A stretch of DNA of 64,000 bases from Eledone cirrhosa (taxonomy: Eukaryota), in assembly GCA_964016885.1 (NCBI GenBank), contig OZ024749.1:11718001-11782000 (forward strand), written 5' to 3'. This document shows positions 52,901 through 64,000 of the stretch, in pieces (within the stretch, counting starts at the first letter, position 1; each line of letters begins with the position of its first letter). The notes beneath the pieces were generated by a model. The model was given only the letters and a program-made list of their open reading frames with translations. It searched no databases and was not told the origin of the DNA. Both the position numbers and the translations under genes were made by a program.

Positions 52901-55900
52901 GTAGGAAGATATTTCACAGGTGTATAACATTGATTGTAGGAAGATATTTCACAGGTGTATAACATTGATTGTAGGAAGATATTTCACAGGTATATAACAT
53001 TGATTGTAGGAAGATATTTCACAGGTGTATAACATTGATTGTAGGAAGATATTTCACAGGTATATAACATTGATTGTAGGAAGATATTTCACAGGTGTAT
53101 AACATTGATTGTAGGAAGATATTTCACAGGTATATAACATTGATTGTAGGAAGATATTTCACAGGTATATAACATTGATTGTAGGAAGATATTTCACAGG
53201 TGTATAACATTGATTGTAGGAAGATATTTCACAGGTATATAACATTGATTGTAGGAAGATATTTCACAGGTGTATAACATTCATTGATTGTAGGAAGATA
53301 TTTCACAGGTATATAACATTGATTGTAGGAAGATATTTCACAGGTATATAACATTGATTGATTGTAGGAAGATATTTCACAGGTATATAACATTGATTGT
53401 AGGAAGATATTTCACAGGTGTATAACATTCATTGATTGTAGGAAGATATTTCACAGGTATATAACATTGATTGTAGGAAGATATTTCACAGGTATATAAC
53501 ATTGATTGTAGGAAGATATTTCACAGGTATATAACATTGATTGTAGGAAGATATTTCACAGGTGTATAACATTCATTGATTGTAGGAAGATATTTCACAG
53601 GTGTATAACATTGATTGTAGGAAGATATTTCACAGGTGTATAACATTGATTGTAGGAAGATATTTCACAGGTATATAACATTGATTGATTGTAGGAAGAT
53701 ATTTCACAGGTATATAACATTGATTGTAGGAAGATATTTCACAGGTATATAACATTGATTGTAGGAAGATATTTCACAGGTATATAACATTGATTGATTG
53801 TAGGAAGATATTTCACAGGTATATAACATTGATTGTAGGAAGATATTTCACAGGTGTATAACATTGATTGTAGGAAGATATTTCACAGGTGTATAACATT
53901 GATTGTAGGAAGATATTTCACAGGTGTATAACATTGATTGTAGGAAGATATTTCACAGGTATATAACATTGATTGTAGGAATATATTTCACAGGTATATA
54001 ACATTGATTGTAGGAAGATATTTCACAGGTATATAACATTGATTGATTGTAGGAAGATATTTCACAGGTATATAACATTGATTGTAGGAAGATATTTCAC
54101 AGGTATATAACATTGATTGTAGGAAGATATTTCACAGGTGTATAACATTGATTGTAGGAAGATATTTCACAGGTATATAACATTGATTGTAGGAAGATAT
54201 TTCACAGGTATATAACATTGATTGATTGTAGGAAGATATTTCACAGGTGTATAACATTCATTGATTGTAGGAAGATATTTCACAGGTATATAACATTGAT
54301 TGTAGGAAGATATTTCACAGGTATATAACATTGATTGATTGTAGGAAGATATTTCACAGGTATATAACATTCATTGATTGTAGGAAGATATTTCACAGGT
54401 ATATAACATTGATTGTAGGAAGATATTTCACAGGTGTATAACATTGATTGTAGGAAGATATTTCACAGGTATATAACATTCATTGATTGTAGGAAGATAT
54501 TTCACAGGTATATAACATTGATTGATTGTAGGAAGATATTTCACAGGTATATAACATTGATTGATTGTAGGAAGATATTTCACAGGTATATAACATTGAT
54601 TGTAGGAAGATATTTCACAGGTATATAACATTGATTGTAGGAAGATATTTCACAGGTGTATAACATTCATTGATTGTAGGAAGATATTTCACAGGTATAT
54701 AACATTGATTGTAGGAAGATATTTCACAGCTGTATAACATTCATTGATTGTGGGAAGATATTTCACAGGTATATAACATTGATTGTAGGAAGATATTTCA
54801 CAGGTGTATAACATTCATTGATTGTAGGAAGATATTTCACAGGTATATAACATTGATTGTAGGAAGATATTTCACAGGTGTATAACATTGATTGTAGGAA
54901 GATATTTCACAGGTGTATAACATTGATTGTAGGAAGATATTTCACAGGTATATAACATTGATTGTAGGAAGATATTTCACAGGTGTATAACATTGATTGT
55001 AGGAAGATATTTCACAGGTATATAACATTGATTGTAGGAAGATATTTCACAGGTATATAACATTGATTGATTGTAGGAAGATATTTCACAGGTATATAGC
55101 ATTCATATATAGCATTTATTGATTGTAGGAAGATATTTCACAGGTATATAACATTGATTGTAGGAAGATATTTCACAGGTATATAACATTCATTGATTGT
55201 AGGAAGATATTTCACAGGTATATAACATTCATTGATTGTAGGAAGATATTTCACAGGTGTATAACATTCATTGATTGTAGGAAGATATTTCAAAGGTGTA
55301 TAACATTCATTGATTGTAGGAAGATATTTCACAGGTGTATAACATTGATTGTAGGAAGATATTTCACAGGTGTATAACATTGATTGATTGTAGGAAGATA
55401 TTTCACAGGTATATAACATTGATTGTAGGAAGATATTTCACAGGTATATAACATTGATTGTAGGAAGATATTTCATAGGTGTATAACATTGATTGTAGGA
55501 AGATATTTCACAGGTGTATAACATTCATTGATTGTAGGAAGATATTTCACAGGTATATAACATTGATTGTAGGAAGATATTTCACAGGTATATAACATTC
55601 ATTAATTGTAGGAAGATATTTCACAGGTGTATAACATTGATTGTAGGAAGATATTTCACAGGTATATAACATTGATTGTAGGAAGATATTTCACAGGTGT
55701 ATAACATTCATTGATTGTAGGAAGATATTTCACAGGTGTATAACATTCATTGATTGTAGGAAGATATTTCACAGGTGTATAACATTCATTGATTGTAGGA
55801 AGATATTTCACAGGTGTATAACATTCATTGATTGTAGGAAGATATTTCACAGGTATATAACATTGATTGTAGGAAGATATTTCACAGGTATATAACATTC

Positions 55901-58900
55901 ATTGATTGTAGGAAGATATTTCACAGGTATATAACATTGATTGATTGTAGGAAGATATTTCACAGGTATATAACATTGATTGTAGGAAGATATTTCACAG
56001 GTGTATAACATTCATTGATTGTAGGAAGATATTTCACAGGTATATAACATTGATTGTAGGAAGATATTTCACAGGTGTATAGCATTCATTGATTGTAGGA
56101 AGATATTTCACAGGTATATAACATTGATTGTAGGAAGATATTTCACAGGTATATAACATTGATTGTAGGAAGATATTTCACAGGTATATAACATTGATTG
56201 TAGGAAGATATTACACAGGTGTATAGCATTCATTGATTGTAGGAAGATATTTCACAGGTATATAACATTGATTGTAGGAAGATATTTCACAGGTATATAA
56301 CATTGATTGATTGTAGGAAGATATTTCAAAGGTGTATAACATTCATTGATTGTAGGAAGATATTTCACAGGTATATAACATTGATTGTAGGAAGATATTT
56401 CACAGGTATATAACATTGATTGTAGGAAGATATTTCACAGGTATATAACATTGATTGTAGGAAGATATTTCACAGGTATATAACATTGATTGTAGGAAGA
56501 TATTTCACAGGTATATAACATTGATTGTAGGAAGATATTTCACAGGTATATAACATTGATTGTAGGAAGATATTTCACAGGTATATAACATTGATTGTAG
56601 GAAGATATTTCACAGGTGTATAACATTGATTGTAGGAAGATATTTCAAAGGTGTATAACATTGATTGTAGTAAGATATTTCACAGGTGTATAACATTCAT
56701 TGATTGTAGGAAGATATTTCACAGGTGTATAACATTGATTGTAGGAAGATATTTCACAGGTGTATAACATTGATTGTAGGAAGATATTTCACAGGTATAT
56801 AACATTGATTGATTGTAGGAAGATATTTCACAGGTATATAACATTGATTGTAGGAAGATATTTCACAGGTATATAACATTGATTGTAGGAAGATATTTCA
56901 CAGGTATATAACATTGATTGATTGTAGGAAGATATTTCACAGGAATATAACATTGATTGTAGGAAGATATTTCACAGGTGTATAACATTGATTGTAGGAA
57001 GATATTTCACAGGTGTATAACATTGATTGTAGGAAGATATTTCACAGGTGTATAACATTGATTGTAGGAAGATATTTCACAGGTATATAACATTGATTGT
57101 AGGAAGATATTTCACAGGTGTATAACATTGATTGTAGGAAGATATTTCACAGGTGTATAACATTGATTGTAGGAAGATATTTCACAGGTATATAACATTG
57201 ATTGTAGGAAGATATTTCACAGGTGTATAACATTGATTGTAGGAAGATATTTCACAGGTATATAACATTGATTGTAGGAAGATATTTCACAGGTATATAA
57301 CATTGATTGATTGTAGGAAGATATTTCACAGGTGTATAACATTCATTGATTGTAGGAAGATATTTCACAGGTATATAACATTGATTGTAGGAAGATATTT
57401 CACAGGTATATAACATTGATTGTAGGAAGATATTTCACAGGTATATAACATTCATTGATTATAGGAAGATATTTCACAGGTATATAACATTGATTGTAGG
57501 AAGATATTTCACAGGTGTATAACATTCATTGATTGTAGGAAGATATTTCACAGGTATATAACATTGATTGTAGGAAGATATTTCACAGGTGTATAACATT
57601 GATTGTAGGAAGATATTTCACAGGTATATAACATTGATTGTAGGAAGATATTTCACAGGTATATAACATTGATTGTAGGAAGATATTTCACAGGTGTATA
57701 ACATTGATTGTAGGAAGATATTTCACAGGTATATAACATTGATTGTAGGAAGATATTTCACAGGTGTATAACATTCATTGATTGTAGGAAGATATTTCAC
57801 AGGTATATAACATTGATTGTAGGAAGATATTTCACAGGTATATAACATTGATTGATTGTAGGAAGATATTTCACAGGTATATAACATTGATTGTAGGAAG
57901 ATATTTCACAGGTGTATAACATTCATTGATTGTAGGAAGATATTTCACAGGTATATAACATTGATTGTAGGAAGATATTTCACAGGTATATAACATTGAT
58001 TGTAGGAAGATATTTCACAGGTGTATAACATTGATTGTAGGAAGATATTTCACAGGTGTATAACATTGATTGTAGGAAGATATTTCACAGGTGTATAACA
58101 TTGATTGTAGGAAGATATTTCACAGGTATATAACATTGATTGTAGGAATATATTTCACAGGTATATAACATTGATTGTAGGAAGATATTTCACAGGTATA
58201 TAACATTGATTGTAGGAAGATATTTCACAGGTATATAACATTGATTGATTGTAGGAAGATATTTCACAGGTATATAACATTGATTGTAGGAAGATATTTC
58301 ACAGGTATATAACATTGATTGTAGGAAGATATTTCACAGGTGTATAACATTGATTGTAGGAAGATATTTCACAGGTATATAACATTGATTGTAGGAAGAT
58401 ATTTCACAGGTATATAACATTGATTGATTGTAGGAAGATATTTCACAGGTGTATAACATTCATTGATTGTAGGAAGATATTTCACAGGTATATAACATTG
58501 ATTGTAGGAAGATATTTCACAGGTATATAACATTGATTGATTGTAGGAAGATATTTCACAGGTATATAACATTCATTGATTGTAGGAAGATATTTCACAG
58601 GTATATAACATTGATTGTAGGAAGATATTTCACAGGTGTATAACATTGATTGTAGGAAGATATTTCACAGGTATATAACATTCATTGATTGTAGGAAGAT
58701 ATTTCACAGGTATATAACATTGATTGATTGTAGGAAGATATTTCACAGGTATATAACATTGATTGATTGTAGGAAGATATTTCACAGGTATATAACATTG
58801 ATTGTAGGAAGATATTTCACAGGTATATAACATTGATTGATTGTAGGAAGATATTTCACAGGTGTATAACATTCATTGATTGTAGGAAGATATTTCACAG

Positions 58901-61900
58901 GTATATAACATTGATTGTAGGAAGATATTTCACAGCTGTATAACATTCATTGATTGTAGGAAGATATTTCACAGGTATATAACATTGATTGTAGGAAGAT
59001 ATTTCACAGGTGTATAACATTCATTGATTGTAGGAAGATATTTCACAGGTATATAACATTGATTGTAGGAAGATATTTCACAGGTGTATAACATTGATTG
59101 TAGGAAGATATTTCACAGGTGTATAACATTGATTGTAGGAAGATATTTCACAGGTATATAACATTGATTGTAGGAAGATATTTCACAGGTGTATAACATT
59201 GATTGTAGGAAGATATTTCACAGGTATATAACATTGATTGTAGGAAGATATTTCACAGGTATATAACATTGATTGATTGTAGGACGATATTTCACAGGTA
59301 TATAGCATTCATATATAGCATTTATTGATTGTAGGAAGATATTTCACAGGTATATAACATTGATTGTAGGAAGATATTTCACAGGTATATAACATTCATT
59401 GATTGTAGGAAGATATTTCACAGGTATATAACAATCATTGATTGTAGGAAGATATTTCACAGGTGTATAACATTCATTGATTGTAGGAAGATATTTCAAA
59501 GGTGTATAACATTCATTGATTGTAGGAAGATATTTCACAGGTGTATAACATTGATTGTAGGAAGATATTTCACAGGTGTATAACATTGATTGATTGTAGG
59601 AAGATATTTCACAGGTATATAACATTGATTGTAGGAAGATATTTCACAGGTATATAACATTGATTGTAGGAAGATATTTCATAGGTGTATAACATTGATT
59701 GTAGGAAGATATTTCACAGGTGTATAACATTCATTGATTGTAGGAAGATATTTCACAGGTATATAACATTGATTGTAGGAAGATATTTCACAGGTATATA
59801 ACATTCATTAATTGTAGGAAGATATTTCACAGGTGTATAACATTGATTGTAGGAAGATATTTCACAGGTATATAACATTGATTGTAGGAAGATATTTCAC
59901 AGGTGTATAACATTCATTGATTGTAGGAAGATATTTCACAGGTGTATAACATTCATTGATTGTAGGAAGATATTTCACAGGTGTATAACATTCATTGATT
60001 GTAGGAAGATATTTCACAGGTGTATAACATTCATTGATTGTAGGAAGATATTTCACAGGTATATAACATTGATTGTAGGAAGATATTTCACAGGTATGTA
60101 ACATTCATTGATTGTAGGAAGATATTTCACAGGTATATAACATTGATTGATTGTAGGAAGATATTTCACAGGTATATAACATTGATTGTAGGAAGATATT
60201 TCACAGGTGTATAACATTCATTGATTGTAGGAAGATATTTCACAGGTATATAACATTGATTGTAGGAAGATATTTCACAGGTGTATAGCATTCATTGATT
60301 GTAGGAAGATATTTCACAGGTATATAACATTGATTGTAGGAAGATATTTCACAGGTATATAACATTGATTGTAGGAAGATATTTCACAGGTATATAACAT
60401 TGATTGTAGGAAGATATTACACAGGTGTATAGCATTCATTGATTGTAGGAAGATATTTCACAGGTATATAACATTGATTGTAGGAAGATATTTCACAGGT
60501 ATATAACATTGATTGATTGTAGGAAGATATTTCAAAGGTGTATAACATTCATTGATTGTAGGAAGATATTTCACAGGTATATAACATTGATTGTAGGAAG
60601 ATATTTCACAGGTATATAACATTGATTGTAGGAAGATATTTCACAGGTATATAACATTGATTGTAGGAAGATATTTCACAGGTATATAACATTGATTGTA
60701 GGAAGATATTTCACAGGTATATAACATTGATTGTAGGAAGATATTTCACAGGTATATAACATTGATTGTAGGAAGATATTTCACAGGTCTATAACATTGA
60801 TTGTAGGAAGATATTTCACAGGTGTATAACATTGATTGTAGGAAGATATTTCAAAGGTGTATAACATTGATTGTAGTAAGATATTTCACAGGTGTATAAC
60901 ATTCATTGATTGTAGGAAGATATTTCACAGGTGTATAACATTGAATGTAGGAAGATATTTCACAGGTGTATAACATTGATTGTAGGAAGATATTTCACAG
61001 GTATATAACATTGATTGATTGTAGGAAGATATTTCACAGGTATATAACATTGATTGTAGGAAGATATTTCACAGGTATATAACATTGATTGTAGGAATAT
61101 ATTTCACAGGTATATAACATTGATTGTAGGAAGATATTTCACAGGTATATAACATTGATTGTAGGAAGATATTTCACAGGTATATAACATTGATTGATTG
61201 TAGGAAGATATTTCACAGGTATATAACATTGATTGTAGGAAGATATTTCACAGGTATATAACATTGATTGTAGGAAGATATTTCACAGGTGTATAACATT
61301 GATTGTAGGAAGATATTTCACAGGTATATAACATTGATTGTAGGAAGATATTTCACAGGTATATAACATTGATTGATTGTAGGAAGATATTTCACAGGTA
61401 TATAACATTCATTGATTGTAGGAAGATATTTCACAGGTATATAACATTGATTGTAGGAAGATATTTCACAGGTGTATAACATTGATTGTAGGAAGATATT
61501 TCACAGGTATATAACATTCATTGATTGTAGGAAGATATTTCACAGGTATATAACATTGATTGATTGTAGGAAGATATTTCACAGGTATATAACATTGATT
61601 GATTGTAGGAAGATATTTCACAGGTATATAACATTGATTGTAGGAAGATATTTCACAGGTATATAACATTGATTGTAGGAAGATATTTCACAGGTGTATA
61701 ACATTCATTGATTGTAGGAAGATATTTCACAGGTATATAACATTGATTGTAGGAAGATATTTCACAGCTGTATAACATTCATTGATTGTAGGAAGATATT
61801 TCACAGGTATATAACATTGATTGTAGGAAGATATTTCACAGGTGTATAACATTCATTGATTGTAGGAAGATATTTCACAGGTATATAACATTGATTGTAG

Positions 61901-64000
61901 GAAGATATTTCACAGGTGTATAACATTGATTGTAGGAAGATATTTCACAGGTGTATAACATTGATTGTAGGAAGATATTTCACAGGTATATAACATTGAT
62001 TGTAGGAAGATATTTCACAGGTGTATAACATTGATTGTAGGAAGATATTTCACAGGTATATAACATTGATTGTAGGAAGATATTTCACAGGTATATAACA
62101 TTGATTGATTGTAGGAAGATATTTCACAGGTATATAGCATTCATATATAGCATTTATTGATTGTAGGAAGATATTTCACAGGTATATAACATTGATTGTA
62201 GGAAGATATTTCACAGGTATATAACATTCATTGATTGTAGGAAGATATTTCACAGGTATATAACAATCATTGATTGTAGGAAGATATTTCACAGGTGTAT
62301 AACATTCATTGATTGTAGGAAGATATTTCAAAGGTGTATAACATTCATTGATTGTAGGAAGATATTTCACAGGTGTATAACATTGATTGTAGGAAGATAT
62401 TTCACAGGTGTATAACATTGATTGATTGTAGGAAGATATTTCACAGGTATATAACATTGATTGTAGGAAGATATTTCACAGGTATATAACATTGATTGTA
62501 GGAAGATATTTCATAGGTGTATAACATTGATTGTAGGAAGATATTTCACAGGTGTATAACATTCATTGATTGTAGGAAGATATTTCACAGGTATATAACA
62601 TTGATTGTAGGAAGATATTTCACAGGTATATAACATTCATTAATTGTAGGAAGATATTTCACAGGTGTATAACATTGATTGTAGGAAGATATTTCACAGG
62701 TATATAACATTGATTGTAGGAAGATATTTCACAGGTGTATAACATTCATTGATTGTAGGAAGATATTTCACAGGTGTATAACATTCATTGATTGTAGGAA
62801 GATATTTCACAGGTGTATAACATTCATTGATTGTAGGAAGATATTTCACAGGTGTATAACATTCATTGATTGTAGGAAGATATTTCACAGGTATATAACA
62901 TTGATTGTAGGAAGATATTTCACAGGTATATAACATTCATTGATTGTAGGAAGATATTTCACAGGTATATAACATTGATTGATTGTAGGAAGATATTTCA
63001 CAGGTATATAACATTGATTGTAGGAAGATATTTCACAGGTGTATAACATTCATTGATTGTAGGAAGATATTTCACAGGTATATAACATTGATTGTAGGAA
63101 GATATTTCACAGGTGTATAGCATTCATTGATTGTAGGAAGATATTTCACAGGTATATAACATTGATTGTAGGAAGATATTTCACAGGTATATAACATTGA
63201 TTGTAGGAAGATATTTCACAGGTATATAACATTGATTGTAGGAAGATATTACACAGGTGTATAGCATTCATTGATTGTAGGAAGATATTTCACAGGTATA
63301 TAACATTGATTGTAGGAAGATATTTCACAGGTATATAACATTGATTGATTGTAGGAAGATATTTCAAAGGTGTATAACATTCATTGATTGTAGGAAGATA
63401 TTTCACAGGTATATAACATTGATTGTAGGAAGATATTTCACAGGTATATAACATTGATTGTAGGAAGATATTTCACAGGTATATAACATTGATTGTAGGA
63501 AGATATTTCACAGGTATATAACATTGATTGTAGGAAGATATTTCACAGGTATATAACATTGATTGTAGGAAGATATTTCACAGGTATATAACATTGATTG
63601 TAGGAAGATATTTCACAGGTATATAACATTGATTGTAGGAAGATATTTCACAGGTGTATAACATTGATTGTAGGAAGATATTTCAAAGGTGTATAACATT
63701 GATTGTAGTAAGATATTTCACAGGTGTATAACATTCATTGATTGTAGGAAGATATTTCACAGGTGTATAACATTGATTGTAGGAAGATATTTCACAGGTG
63801 TATAACATTGATTGTAGGAAGATATTTCACAGGTATATAACATTGATTGATTGTAGGAAGATATTTCACAGGTATATAACATTGATTGTAGGAAGATATT
63901 TCACAGGTATATAACATTGATTGTAGGAAGATATTTCACAGGTATATAACATTGATTGATTGTAGGAAGATATTTCACAGGTATATAACATTGATTGTAG
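40931..64000 (+). repeat. Intronic 35/39-bp satellite, at least 23 kb, about 640 copies; monomer = exon 13 3' end plus splice donor
   Basis: Unit aggaagatatttcacag|gtatataacattgattgt with +4 nt variants; runs to window end; kb-scale higher-order repeats. Confidence 0.98.

Noticed and set aside
41429-62936. Many short ORFs ([12 protein letters not shown]..., MYNIDCRK...)
   Set aside because: Translations of the satellite; useful only as higher-order repeat markers
40959-64000. CRISPR-like array (35-39 bp repeats)
   Set aside because: Head-to-tail repeats with no unique spacers, no cas genes, eukaryotic intron context

Overview
AT-rich, repeat-dense animal genomic DNA, probably an octopod cephalopod judging from the SINE/RTE/Penelope content (inference). 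The window lies inside one + strand spliced gene. I traced 13 phase-compatible GT-AG exons (2745-40958, 1850 nt, about 616 codons, no in-frame stop). They encode the central and XPF/ERCC4-like part of the meiotic crossover factor SHOC1 (C9orf84/MZIP2/Zip2 family). The start and the C-terminal HhH exons lie outside the window. The introns hold more than 15 tandem arrays plus decayed RTE, Tx1/L1, Penelope and R4-like retroelements, tRNA-derived SINEs and MITEs. The main oddity is that splice donors of this gene were amplified into tandem arrays twice. The last exon's 3' end plus donor is the monomer of a >=23 kb 35/39-bp satellite (about 640 copies, each AG-[15 nt in-frame]-GT and ending in CAG|GT). 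The donor at 33583 is repeated about 11 times. Most ORFs in the supplied track are repeat or TE artefacts.
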